A stretch of DNA of 64,000 bases from Gracilinanus agilis. Lineage: Eukaryota. The position numbers were made by a program, and so were the translations under genes. Position 1 is the first letter of the stretch; every line of letters starts with the position of its first letter. The stretch covers positions 194,560,625 to 194,624,624 of the forward strand of contig NC_058133.1 of the NCBI RefSeq assembly GCF_016433145.1. Reading direction: 5' to 3'. This document shows, one piece after another, positions 49,927 through 63,144 of this stretch. The notes below the pieces were generated by a model, which saw only the letters and a list, made by a program, of their open reading frames with translations, ran no database searches and was not told the origin of the DNA.

Positions 49927-52814
49927 AAATGTGGTATATATTTGTGTGTGCATTTTAAATACAGGTGTGGAATATACACATACACACTTTAATTTCTAAT
50001 AACAACTATAGGCATTCAAATGTATTTATTTAAGAAATTAACAAACAGAATGAAACAAAAATGAGATTGTAAATAATAGTAGCTCTCACTAATGAAGCAA
50101 TATAACATTTGTAACATCTCAGGTCCCTCATTCTATTTTTCTTTTTCATAATTTCCCTTTGTGAAATAAAAAACTTTACTACTGTATTCTCTATTTTAGG
50201 CACATGAAGTTTACCGGGGGGAAAATTTTTTTTTTAATATCTTACCTTCCATCTGAGAATTAATGCTGTGTACTGGTTCTAAAGCAGAATGGTAAGGGCT
50301 AGGCAATGGAGGTTAAGTGACTTACCAGTCACTTAGCTAGGAAGTATCTGAGGCTAAATTTGAACCCAGGGCCTCTTGTCTCTTGGTTTGGCTTCTCAAT
50401 CTGCTGAGCCAACTAGCTGTTCCCCTAACAGAAGTTTTTAAAATATTAAATCCAAATATTTCTAGATCAGAGAAATAAATGTCCAAACTAAAATAGCTCC
50501 TTTTGCCCTTAGACATCTTTCTGCTACAAGGCAATTTGAGGTATTGTTTGCAGTACTTTTTTCCAATGTATAATATTTTATATATAATAATTTCTTACAT
50601 TTTAAAAAAATATTCATTTTCCAAGATTTTGCATTCCAAATTCTTTACCTCCCTATCTCTTCTCCCCCTTCCTTGAGATGGTAAGCAATTTGATCTAGGT
50701 TATACATATGCAGTCTTGTAAAGCATATTTCTACCTTGGTCATATTGTGGAAGAAGACTTATAGAAAGCAAACAAAATTGGCAAAAAAAAAAAAAAAAGG
50801 TGAAAAATGGTATGATTCAATTTACATTCAGACTCTATCATTCTTTCTCTGGAGGTGGATGGCATTTTTCATCATGAGTCCTTTGGATTTGACTTGAATC
50901 ATTGTATTGTTGAGAATAGCCGAGTCATTTGTGGTTGATCATCATACAATATTGCTGTTACTGTATACACTGTTCTCCTGGTTCTGCTCATTTCACTTTG
51001 CATCAGTTCATGTAAGTCTTTCCAGGTTTTTTCTGAAATCCTATTGTTCATTATTTTTTACAACACAATAGTATTCCATTATAATAATTTATCACAACTT
51101 GTTCATCCATTCCTCAATTAATGGACATCCCCTGAAAGATTTCTTTTGGGATCATAGCTATTCTTGGAAGAGACTTTAGAAACTATGTAGTCTACTTCCT
51201 TCATTTTAGACAAGAAAACTGAATCTCACAGCTATTTGAATGACCTGTGCAGTGACACAGAGGTAGTGAATATCTGACTCAGGGCCAGTACTTCTTTCAT
51301 TATTTCATAAAGTCAACATTTTTGAAATCCAGGAAAAAGATACCAAATCAAAATGATGGATCAGGGAGAAAAGTTAAAAGCTGAATATAAATGGGTTGCT
51401 GATAATTTAAATCTTCCAAATTAAAGATCTCACTAGCCCTATTTATGCCACCATGCATCATGAACATTATTAGACTATTAATATATAATAATTATTGTAC
51501 CTGAAGTCAAAGTCACATTGAAACAGTTCTTAATTTTTTGAACCCTTTAAAAAAAGCTACTCATTTTATTTTATATTACTCTTTATCATAAAATAGTAAA
51601 AACTTGCAGAAAAAGAAATCATGTTTTAAAACTACTCAACAAAACATTTCTAGTTGTATTACCACTAATTTTGAATTAGAGGAATACTAATTGATGCATT
51701 TTCCATGTAAATAGCTTTCTGGAGTTGAGTGTCTTGTATGTAAGACCACTTAGAAACCCTAGTTTCCTCTCTACCTACTCTGCCTACAGCAGTGGGTGTG
51801 TGGGTGGGGAGTGTGATAGTCTTTTATTTTCTCAGTGACATTTGAACAGAGAGCCATGAAGTGTAGTCTGTATACTATTCTTCATGCTGAACCATGTCTT
51901 GTTTGAATCATATGGTTCAGAAAGGCAGAATATTTGTCTGCCAGCCTTTCTTGTATAATTTTTAATATAGAATCATGCTTATATGGACATTTAATAGAAT
52001 AAAACCTCATTTAAACATGCTCGGTTATCATGTTCCCCCATCTCAGTAAATGCAGAACAGTTAACATCATTATCTGTCTATTCCTGTCTTTGTCTTGATT
52101 ATAATTTTATTTTTGGTGGTAAGAACATTTTCTTTGTTGGATACCATGTTTACTAAAGGAACTGAGTAGAAATAATTTTAAGTCAGATTAAGGAGCAGCT
52201 AGGTTAGCTAGCTCAGTGGTCAGAGAGCTAGGGGAGAAGGGAGGTCTTAGGTTCAAATTGGTCTCAATGACTTCTGAACTGTGTGACCCTGGGCAAGTAA
52301 TTTAATCCCAATTGCCTAGCCTTTACCACTCTTCAGCTTGGGAACGGATACTTAGTATTGACTATGGCACAAGGTAAAGGTTTAAGAAAAAGAAAGGAAG
52401 GAAGGAAAGATGGAAAGAAGGCAAGAAATAAGGAAATAGCTGGAACCATAATGGTCAGTCCTTATTTCCTTTAACTTGTCTGCTGAATTTGATTTTCCCA
52501 TAACATACCATACTACTGCAGTTGTCTGATTCAGCCTGTTAGTCATCCCTCTGTTTCCTTTGTTGGTGTGTCTTCTACTTTTTGACCCTTATGTATGGAT
52601 ATTTCCTTAAGACTTTTTGGACATTTAGACTGTTCTGCTGTTCAGACCCAAAATGTTTAAATCAACTCTTGAATCTATCTTCAAGACTTGCTTCTGATTT
52701 CTCTTCTTTGTCAGTGATATTACCATTCTGACAATCAGTTGGAATCTTGTTTTCTTTGGTTTATCTCTCTCTCAGTCCCCATATACATTCATTTACCACA
52801 TTTTGTAGCCCCCC

Positions 52815-53130
52815 ACTTTTTTTAAAACCTCTACCTTCTAAGTAGCAATTCTTTTTTTATTATTTAAACCTTTACCTCCTGTCTTAAAATTAATACTGGG
52901 TATTGGTTCTAAGGCAGAAGAGTGGTATGGGCTAGGCAATGGGGGTCAAGTGACTTGCCCAGGGTCACATAGTTAGGAAGTGTCTGAGGCCAGATTTGAA
53001 CCCAGGACCTCCTGTCTCTGGGCCTGGCTTTCAATCCACTGAGCTACCCCCTTAGTATCAATTCTAAGACAGAAGAGTGGCAAGGGCTAGGCCATCAGGG
53101 TGACCCAGGGTCACACAGCTAGGATGCTTC
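52815..53130 (-). mobile_element. SINE nested in SINE (both antisense)
   Basis: Inner copy 52853-53053 flanked by AGTA(G/T)CAATTCT at 52841-52 and 53054-65; host halves lie on either side. Confidence 0.75.
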
Positions 53131-54149
53131 AAGTTTCAACTCTTCTATGAGCCCTGGCTTCCTTGACTACTCCTGGCCTCTCCCCCTTTTGAATTCCTGA
53201 AGCACTTGAAATCCATACCACACGTTTAAGGAGTTCATTGATTGAGTCCTGCTCTTGACAACTGCTAGATGAGTTTTATCTGTGGGAAGTCATTAAGCTG
53301 AAAGTCATGAGACTTGGGTTTAATTCCAGCTCATCCCCCTTACTCTGTGATCTGGCTTCTCTTATATCTATTGCCCTGAATATAAAATAGAGATAATAAA
53401 ACTTGTACTATTTGTCTTATCTCCCACTAAAATCCCACTCTTGTATTGTGTAGCATTCTCAAAGACTACATTCCTTTGGCAGGCACTGCTAAATCAGAAA
53501 GACCTTTGGGCATTGGCTTCATGACATGCTGTTTGCCTTCCAGAGAGTCATTACTAAAAAGTGATTTTTTTTTCTTTTTATTGCAGCAATTCATGTACCT
53601 TCTCAGGATCATAGATTTAGAACTGGAAAGGACCTTACAGGACAGTGGATCCAACTCCCATTTTATAGATGAGAAAACTAAAGCCCAGATAGGTTAAGGG
53701 CTTTGCTTAGAATCACACAACCAATAAATGTTTGAAGCAGGATTTGAACTTAGGTCTTCATGACTCTCTATATGGTGTTCTACTTATTTTACTACATAGC
53801 TGTCTTCCTCTGCTTACTGTCTCCTGGGATGCACAGAGGCTGTCATTATATTGAGTACAAAGGCAGTAGACACACACCAATGAAATTGCAAATTTTTAGA
53901 AAGATTGTAATATTTATCTCTCTACTTCATAAGGTTATTTTGAATAACAAGTCATATAATGAATATAAAGTACTTTGTGAGCATGAAGCATTTATAGAAT
54001 ATGCATAAGTTATTATAAGTATTTATAAATTTAGTAGGTATCTAAGCTTTTTTTGATCACAGGGAAGGTGACCTGTTGAGTTGAAGGAATTTCTGAGAAC
54101 TTTTTTGGTATCCATGTTTTTTCTTCTCCCCCCCCCCCCTTGGAAACAG

Positions 54150-54386
54150 AAAAAAAGAAGAAAAACTGGACTGGATGTACCAAGGTCCTGGTGGAATGGT
54201 GAACCGTGATGAGTACCTAATGGGTCGTCCCATTGACAAATATGTTTTTGAGAAGATGGAGGACAAAGAAGCAGGTTGTTCATCTGAAACAGGACTTCTG
54301 CCAGGCTCCATCTTTGCCCCATCGGGTGCTAATTCTCTGCTTGACATGGCCAGCAAAATCCGGGAGGATCCACTTTTCATCATTCG
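54150..54386 (+). CDS. CWC25: CWC25 exon 3
   Basis: AG at 54148-49; encodes KKEEKLDWMYQGPGGMVNRDEYLMGRPIDKY...SKIREDPLFII(R); GT at 54387. Confidence 0.97.
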
Positions 54387-55346
54387 GTATTAGCATGGGT
54401 TTGAGAGGGAGGCTTTTTAAGGAAGATTTGCTGAACTGAATTAACTTGAATCTCTTTGTATTGGTTTCTTCTCAACTTCTTTTCCTTTTGAATGTATTTG
54501 TTCATATCTTAAGACTAGGGATCATGATGCTAGGACAACTCAATTAAGGAATTTCTTTAAGTTAACCAGACTTGGAGATAATGGCAAATTTCATAATCTA
54601 ACCCAAATCTATTTTCCTAATTTTGGCCTTTCTCTTGTAAATGTGGCTTCAAATACAGGCTAAAGGAAAACTGGCAATCTTAGAAGTATCTGGGGTTTGG
54701 GGTAAGAAAGAAATGGGCAAGTGGACAAGTTCATCCACTAGATAACTATTGAAACTAAAGTAAGGAAAAGAAAGTACCTTTATTAGGTTGTAGGCTGTAC
54801 ATGGGAAGTGACAGGACTGACCCACCTGTGTGTCCCTTGAATATCAGGATCATCTGGCCTGTAGACAGGGGAGCAATAAACTAGACACTGGGGCTATTGT
54901 GCTCTCATATCTTACTATATTGCTAGAAAAGGTAGAAAATGTGGTTCTTAATTGCTTCTATTGATAGTATAGACTTATTTAAGGGGGATCTGCCTTAAAA
55001 TACTTAGTTTCAGCATTATTTTAGCCAAAGGGAAGGAAGAGCAGAACCTTCCAATTCAGCATTAAGTGTCTTGCTCAATCATTTCTAAGAGGATTTAAGC
55101 ATTGAGCTCCTTGCTCAAATAAGAGGCAGGATGAGCTGATTGCCAGCAGGGAAGAGGAAAAGAACCAGAGCCTTCTAAAGATAATGAGTTCTACAGATTT
55201 GGGAAGGCCTCTGGTTTTAGCACTCTCATAAAGTTCTATATGAGATCTTGATGGATCTGTTTATAACAACGTCCATTTAGAGAATCATTAAATTTCCTTT
55301 GCAAAAAGAAATGTCAGTGATTTTTATTTTTACAATTTGTTTTCAG

Positions 55347-55416
55347 AAAGAAGGAGGAAGAGAAAAAGAGAGAAGTCTTGAATAATCCCGTGAAAATGAA
55401 GAAAATCAAAGAATTA
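55347..55416 (+). CDS. CWC25: CWC25 exon 4
   Basis: TTTCAG acceptor; encodes KKEEEKKREVLNNPVKMKKIKEL; GTAAG donor at 55417. Confidence 0.96.
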
Positions 55417-58349
55417 GTAAGCATTGCGAATAGGAGGACTCCAAAACTACCATTCCAATCATTCGACAAGCATTTATTAAGGGCCTACTATGTGCAAGAT
55501 GCTGAGGATACAAATACAGTAGGGTCTCTTTATCTGAGGTTTGCTTTCCATGGTTTCAGTTACTAGCAGATAGCCTGGAGCATAAGAGATCCACTCAAGA
55601 TGTGCTAGAAGTCTGCTTGCAAAGCCGGTAGAAGTTGCTGTTTGTCCTGGCAGTGTTCTCTTCTGCTTCAGCTTTCAGTCTTTTTTTTGTTGGGGAATGG
55701 TGGGAGGTTGAGGACCTGCATATCTTGTCAAGGTCAGAAGTGGGGAGAGAGAGCACATATATATGAGGGCCAGTAAGCGTTCAGCCATTTGGGATAGTCT
55801 CTTGGAAGGTATTCTCCTCAGATACGGGAACCCTGCTGTAAAATAAGTTAAATACTCTCTACTCAATAGAAGCTTACCTTCTAATAGAGGCAGAGGTATA
55901 ACAAGAACACATATAAGTATATATAGAATATCAATAAATGCAAAATAGTTAAACACAAGATGGTTGGGACAGCTAAGGTAGCACAGTAGCTAGAACACCA
56001 GGCCTAGAGACAGGACATCCTGGGTTCAAATCTGGCCTCAGACACTTTCTAGCTGTGTGAACCTTGGCAAGTCACTTAAACCCCCATTACCTAGCTCATG
56101 TGGCTCTTCTGTCTTAGAATTGTTACTAAGACAGAAAGCAAGGGTTTAAAAAAATATGCAGTGTGGTTTCAAGAAGGCATTAGTGCTTGGCAGTATTAGG
56201 AAAGGAGAAAATGGTATGGTGCTTGAGCCTCATCTTGAAGAGAAAGGCGTTCTCTGAGGCAGAGGTGAGGAAAGAGTGCATTCTGTGCATGAAGACAGGA
56301 GATATGGAGCATCATGTGAGGAACAATGAGAAGGCTTAGTCATGGAGTATTTCATAAAAGAATATCTCAAATTCTTATTCTGTCATAAGTCAGATTTATG
56401 ATCAAGAGCTGGAAGAGATCATCTGGTTCTCAACATCCTTCAGTTTTCTTGTGTTAAAGAAATATCTTTTAGTAGTTATATTTTTATTAATTTAATTTAT
56501 TTAAACCCTTACCTTTTGACTTAGAATCACTACTGTGTATTGGTTCCAAGGCAAAAGAGCAGTAAGGGCTAGGTAGTGGGAGTTAAGTGACTTGCCTAGA
56601 ATCACACAGCCAGGAAGTGATGAGCTAGATTTGAACCAGGACCTCCCATCTGTAGGTCTGACTGTCAATTTACTGTACCACATAGCTGCTCCTGACTATA
56701 TGTTAAATAGAGACAGTTTGTTTCACCATGGCCTTCAAAGCCACAACTAGTCCACTAGAGTAAAGTCCCCCAAATGGTTAAGCAAAATAGCATTAATGAT
56801 ATCTATGACAGCACATGCAGTCTTTCATTTTGATGGTTTATCATTTGTTAAAAGGAAGCAAGGAGTATGCTTTGACTTTAATATAAGTCCATTGTATTTT
56901 ATCAGATTTTTTTCCTTTGAGTGCATTTTTAGTGGAACATGATTCTTTTATCTACTTTTTGATTTCAGGGGAAAATGGCATTGTGTGACAATTTCCTTGA
57001 TAAAAGAGGGACCCTGAATTTTACTGTTTAACAACTGATCATGCTATTTTTTTTTCAGCAGATTGAAGCCTATTGCTGAATTTTTTGACAGAACCCTTAA
57101 CCCTTACCCACTTTAGCTGCTAGCTAGTCTCAGGCACAATCATGCAGAATTTGAAATTTGGAAGGTGTTGTTGCACCTAATATAACCTATACACCAAAAG
57201 AATCCCCATTATACCATACCTGACAAATAGTCATCCTTAGCATCTGTTTAAAGACTCCATGGAGAGGGATCTTGCCACCTCCTAAGGTTGCCTGTTCCAC
57301 TTTTGGACTGCTCTTATTATTAGAGAGTTTTTCCTGACATCCAGCCTAAATTGGCCTCTTTGCAACTTCCACCCATTGTTCCTTATGCTGCCCTCTGGGA
57401 CCAAATGGAACAAATCTCCTCCCCATGACAGCCTTTATTTCTTAAAGTTTTGCCCCCTCTTAATGTAGCCCAAGAATGAATTACCTTTTTTGGCTGCCAT
57501 ATCAATGAGTCAGCAGTCCACTAATTCCTCCCACCCCCAAATTGTTTTCTAAATAATGGATGTCTGTCCATAGCTCCCTTAACTTATACTTGTGAAGTAA
57601 CATTGAGCTGGGAGTCAGATAATCTGATTTTACCACTATTTAAGTCTCAATCTCTCACAGTCTTGGCTTCCTCATTTTATTAAGTGGGGATTGCTACTAT
57701 TTACAGGGAAAGATGTAGAGTACTTTATAAATGTGACTAATTTCTCCACCAAAGACCTCTCTGATGTCTCATTGTGGAAGAAAAACTAAAGACTACAGCA
57801 AGGGAACTTCTGCTATCTCTGGCCAGACTCTACTGGGTTGGAAAGTCTTTGAGAATGAAATATAAATCTTTTTTCTGAGGTCCAGCTTAGTTGAGTTTGG
57901 AGAGATTTGTCACTAGATTGGCCACAGACTGATGGATTTTTTTTTGCTATAGGATCACTCAGAATTTGGTAGTTGAAGGTTTGCCATCTTTGCTGGAGAA
58001 AACATTATTGAATAGTAATAAATGACTCCTTAAAGTAGTATGCTTTGGGCTTAAAATGGAAACTCCTAGAAGCTGTCAAATTTTGATCATGTTCTATACC
58101 ACTGACAACCACAAAGTCATGCAATCAGTAGAAAAGAGGTTTCTTGAGGAGAAGAACATTTTTTATCCTTTTATCCCAGGAGCCTAGTGTGGTGCCCAGC
58201 ACATAGTAGGTGCTTTATAAATGTTGTACTGTCTGTTGAGTGTTTGGTCCCCTAGAAGACAGATTGCTTGAGCCCTGGAACAATCTCACAGGAGGGAGTC
58301 AGGAACAAAAGGTGGAGAGAAGTCAGCATTGTGCTTTGTAATTTTCTAG

Positions 58350-58477
58350 TTGCAAATGAGCCTGGAAAAGAAGGAGAAGAAGAAGAAGAAGGAAAAGAAA
58401 AAGAAGCATAAGAAGCACAAGCATCGTAGCTCTAGCAGTGACCGCTCTGCCAGTGAAGAGGAGCGGAGCCATGGAAG
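58350..58477 (+). CDS. CWC25: CWC25 exon 5 (Lys-rich)
   Basis: TTCTAG acceptor; encodes LQMSLEKKEKKKKKEKKKKHKKHKHRSSSSDRSASEEERSHG(R); GT at 58478. Confidence 0.96.
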
Positions 58478-59225
58478 GTACTTGGAGGAGGCCTTTGGTG
58501 CCCTATTAGCACCCTTGCCTAGAGAGCTCACCTGGTCTTAGTGGTCTTTTATCAGAAAAACCATCTCATTACTGACTTGAGATCTTTCAGCTTCTGATTC
58601 TTAAAGGACAAGAATGGGTTTGTCTGGTGGTGGTTTGTTGTTTTTTTTTTTTTTTTTTTGTTATTTTAAACAGGCTAATCCACTCATTTAAAAATATTTT
58701 TTTATTCTGAACTTAGATGCCAAATTGCATATACTTAGTATAGAAAGAAAGGCTTGTATATGAAACCATACATAGATTATTTTTCTTTTAAAGCATGTGA
58801 TAAAATCCATTTGTAGCTTTCAAAACTGTTTTGCTTCCCTGGCCTTATTTCTGTTCTTTTTCTCCATTTATCCACCCATTCTTGCCCACGCTGTCTCTCT
58901 TCCCTGTGAGCGCAACAGCAGGCACCTCTGCCTCTGACTCATTGTCAGCCTTCAGAATAGCAGCACAAGGTGGGGGGAAAGAACTCCAGTTGGGGGTTGG
59001 GGCTGTCAAGCCAGGCCTACGATTTTTCACAGGAAAAACACAATTGTGCTGATTCGTCCTCCCAGCCAAGAAAACCCAAATAGGGAAACACACTCCCAAG
59101 TAATAACGGGAGTTGGGAAGGCCATGGAGGGGGCAGGAAGTATGTTTGAACATGAAATTAAACTGCTTTACCTCCTTCCTCACACAGTTGTTTGTATCTT
59201 TTTTTGCTTTTAAATTTCTTCTTAG

Positions 59226-59302
59226 ATATGAGTGTGCTCTTACAACAATGACCGATATGGAAGTGTGTTTTGCATGACAATAAAAACAAAATTAAAAAAA
59301 AA
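59226..59302 (+). mobile_element. 77-bp L1-3'UTR-derived insertion with A-tail; its TSD duplicates the CWC25 exon 6 acceptor
   Basis: ACAATGACCGATATGGAAGTGTGTTTTGCATGA resembles L1 3'UTR pieces at ~33365 and ~45230. AATAAA at 59279-84 plus A-rich tail. 14-bp TSD AA(A/C)TTTCTTCTTAG at 59212-25 and 59303-16. Confidence 0.8.
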
Positions 59303-59316
59303 AACTTTCTTCTTAG

Positions 59317-59380
59317 GTCTCAAAAGAAGATGGCAAGTCCTCCTCCTGTTTTGCCCAAAATTCCAGGTTATGGCTTACAG
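59317..59380 (+). CDS. CWC25: CWC25 exon 6
   Basis: AG at 59315-16; encodes (R)SQKKMASPPPVLPKIPGYGLQ; GTAGGT donor at 59381. Confidence 0.94.
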
Positions 59381-60107
59381 GTAGGTACCTGGGCTGCCCC
59401 CAAAGCAGTGCCATCATGCTATTTCTGATCTAGTAGTATTGAGCATCTTTGGCATCTGATAGTTATAAAAGATAATAAGATGCCTAAATATTCTGTGCAG
59501 GCACCTCTGAGGAGGAGCTTTTTCTTTTTCTATCACTTGTTTCTGTTTCTTGGCAGACGGGATACTCCCATGAATTACATGCCAAATTGTCAAGACTGTG
59601 ATTTGGGGTTCCATATCTCTCATTCTCCCTTGTATCCCTTGCCATAGGTCTAGAGTAGGAGAGATTTGAGAAGGGAAGTAGGGCAGGTGGATAGGTTTTA
59701 GAGTTGCTTTTTAAGATTACATTGTTCCTATATTTGCATGGTTGTACCTGCCTTGAAAATAGTTCTGTAAAGACAAGATGATGGGGGTCTGATAGTCTGC
59801 ACAGTGTTTAGAGCACCAGGTCTGGAGTTGGGAGGACCTGGGTTTAAATTTGGCCTTAGACATTTCCCAGCTATGTGACTCTGGGCAAATCACTTAATCT
59901 CCATTACCTAGCCCTTGCTGTTCTTCTGCTTTAGAATTGATACTAAGACAGAAGGTAAGGGCTTTAAAAAAAACAACAAAAAACAAAATGATGGGCTCTT
60001 GATGGCTCCTTATGTGGTCTTGGTGCTTATTCCTTCCTTGGTATCACTCAGTTTTTTCTTTAAACCATAGGTGTCTGAATAGCTCTTTTGCCTTATTCTC
60101 TCTTTAG

Positions 60108-60298
60108 ATTAAGAACACTGACCATGATCGGAGACTATCGGGATCTCTGGCGTCTGAAGCTGGGGGAGCTTACAGGGTCAAAAATCGTTCTAGGTCACGG
60201 AGTGCTTCCCGTTCGCCTCAAAAACATTCCAACAGGAAGGGCATGTGGGAATCTGAGACACGGGACAGGAGGTCACGGTCCCCTAAACATAGTAGGCA
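60108..60298 (+). CDS. CWC25: CWC25 exon 7 (RS-rich)
   Basis: TTTAG acceptor; encodes IKNTDHDRRLSGSLASEAGGAYRVKNRSRSRSASRSPQKHSNRKGMWESETRDRRSRSPKHSR(Q). GTGAGT donor at 60299; phase 2 matches exon 8. Confidence 0.88.
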
Positions 60299-60738
60299 GT
60301 GAGTATGCTAATAGAGAAATAGCTGTAGGGAATTCACTCCCCTGGCTGGCCACAGGACACTTGATTTCAGGTAGCAATATCCATAGGTCTTGTTTCCCCT
60401 GTACCTTCATAGATACATGTTTCTTAGATACTGTTTTTGTTACATTTAGCTTATCTTCTTATCCTTGGATGTAAAAATCAGAGGAACCATAAATTTATAG
60501 GTACATATTGTATTCCAGTGTACTTTGAAGGCTGACTAGATTAAATGCTGTTTTTGTCATCTGTGTATTTCTTTCTCTTTAAGAGATTCTCCATTCTCCT
60601 TTCTCTCTCTGAGTGACTTCCCCACCCCACACCCTCCCCACCCTGATTGCCTTAATATCATACATTATAGTTCTTCTCCCGAGGGTTCAGACATGGAATT
60701 AGGCCCTCTTGCTGAAAAGATTCTTTTCTTGATTACAG

Positions 60739-60837
60739 GCATAATTCCAAAGTAAATAGGAAAGAAAGAGGCCGAACTAGGAGTCCTTCCCCTAAAAAGG
60801 AAGGATATCAAAGACGACATGCTCCAGGTTACACCAG
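60739..60837 (+). CDS. CWC25: CWC25 exon 8; remaining exons lie beyond the window
   Basis: TACAG acceptor; encodes HNSKVNRKERGRTRSPSPKKEGYQRRHAPGYT(R); GTAAGT donor at 60838. Confidence 0.94.
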
Positions 60838-63144
60838 GTAAGTTGAATACCTGGTAGGATAGTTCTAGAATCTTGAGGTGTGAGACCAGGAATGGCATAG
60901 CAAGATGACATACTATCTATATAGATTATTTCCCGGCAAGTCATTTTGAAGATTTTTTCCTTTGTGTTATCTCCAACAACTTAAGCCCCCTAGAGATGTT
61001 CAGGACCAAACTTTTTTTCTTAGAAATTTGCTGTCTTGAGATACTAGCCAAAAATCAATTAAATAAAGGAGATATTGCTTTGTAGAAGAGTAAGGATCAT
61101 TTTAGATATGTTGTCATGGGGGAGGGGAGGAGTAGTTAAAACCCTACTGGGTCCCTAGACCAAAGGAAAAAGCCTCTCACCCTTAAGGGGGTTGTGAGTT
61201 ACAGGATACAGCATAGAAACAAGTACAAGATAATTTGGTAATGGAGAGAAAACTAATACCTAGAAGGATCAGAGAAGGTATTCTTTAGGAGGTAACACCT
61301 GGATTGTCTTGAAGGGTTCCTGAAGCAGAGATGAAAGTGCATTCTGGGTATGGGGAATAGCCTGTACAAAGTATGGAGAACAAATAAGCAATTTTGGTGG
61401 TAGTCAGTTAGTCAAACATTTATTTTTATGTATTTATTTTAAATCCTTATCTTCTCATCAAGTATTGATTCCAAGGCAGAAGAGCATTAAGGATTAGGCA
61501 GTTGGAGTTAAGTGACTTGCCCAGGATCTTGCAACTAAGAAGTAGCTGAGGCCAGATTTGAATCCAGGCCCTCCCATCTCCAGGCCAGGCTCTCTTTCTA
61601 CTGTGTTACCTAGTTGGCCTCAGATCAAACATTTATTTTTTTTATTTAAAATCTTTTAATTAATTAATTAGGAATATTTTTCCATGGTTATAGGATTCAT
61701 GTTCTTTTCCTCCTCTCCTCCCCCCCATAGCTGATGCACAATTCCACTGGGTTTTACATATGTCATTTGATCAAACATTTATTAATTGTTTATTATGTGC
61801 CAAGTACTTGGAATAGAAAGAAAAAAATTAAATAGTCCCTCCCTTCAAGAAACTTGCTTTCTTTTTTGTACATTAGTATATACATAGGTTAATATAACTA
61901 CAGCCCTCTCCATATGATTGGAGTACTAATGAGGTTCAGGAAGGAAGGCCTCATGTAAGGTATTTCACACCTGAATGTTGATGGGAAATAGGGTTTCTAA
62001 GAGGAAGAAGGGAAAGGAAATTAGAGTACAGGAATGAGGACTAGTATCTGCAAATAAAGATGGGAGAAGGGACATGGTATTAGATTTTCCTCAACTTGGC
62101 TGAACCGTAGAATATGTGAAGGGGAACAATGCAGATAATGCTGGAGAGGTAATTTTGAGCCAGGTTGAGACCCTTTAAATGTCAAACAGAGGAGTTTCAA
62201 TTTGATGCTGGATAGTGGGAAACCTCAGAATTTTGAACAGTTGGTCAGTTAGAAAGGTCAGACCTGTACTTCAGAAATAACACTTTGGCAGGTATGTGCA
62301 AGACTATAGAATATAATTTAATTAGTCTTCTGCCTCCAAGCCTCTCTAATTCATCTTCAACAGCCTGACCACTGAGTGGATATATGTGGGTGAGGGAGAG
62401 TGAAGAGTTAAGGGTTATGCCAAAGTTCTGAACTTTTTGTGACTGGGAAGCTGATGGCCCACAGAACTAGGAGAGTTAAACAAAATGGGGACCTGAATGA
62501 AGGTAGTGGTTAGGGACAAATGCAGAAGCAAGAGGCGATATGGAGATTGACAAGGCTTGGTAAATGATTCAATTTGGGAGGTGATAGAGAGTGAGGTGAT
62601 GGATCCTCAATTTATGAACCCTGGATGACTGGAAGTATGATGTATTCTTAACAGGAAAAAGAGAAGATTGGAGGAGAGGCAGGTTTAGAGGGGAAAGTAT
62701 TTGAATTCAATGTTTCATAACATTGCCCCATGAGAGTGCATCACTCATACAGTCTTGGGAGAAGAGCTTTAGGGAGTTTGAAATATTCTTGAAAGCCTAC
62801 CTAAATGTAATTGTAGCTTATACCTTTGCCCTATTTGAAGCTTCAAGGGAGAGACTACTACTCTATGGGATGTATATATAATGACATTGCATTTATTTTG
62901 GCACCATTTGAAAATTTCTAATTTTTTTGATTTTCTAATGATTCTGTGAGTGCATTTTTTTTTTCAGACAATGGAAGCCTATTGCAGCGCCCTGAGTGTT
63001 GGGCAGAGTCTAAGTTAAAATGATTTGCATAAGGTGACAGTAGTGAAGTGGTAGGCTTGGAACTAGAATCCAGGACCACTGCCTCCCAAGTTTGATGTTT
63101 TTTTTGGTGTCCAAAGTAGAAATCCTTTCCTTGTAGAACTAGAC

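Noticed and set aside
60292-60297. GTAGGC as the exon 7 donor
   Set aside because: It gives phase 1, which is out of frame with exon 8 (phase 2). GTGAGT at 60299 fits.
60088-60474. 128-aa alternative-frame ORF over CWC25 exon 7
   Set aside because: It has a non-ATG start, runs into the intron and contains no recognisable domain. An open alternative frame of this length can arise by chance.
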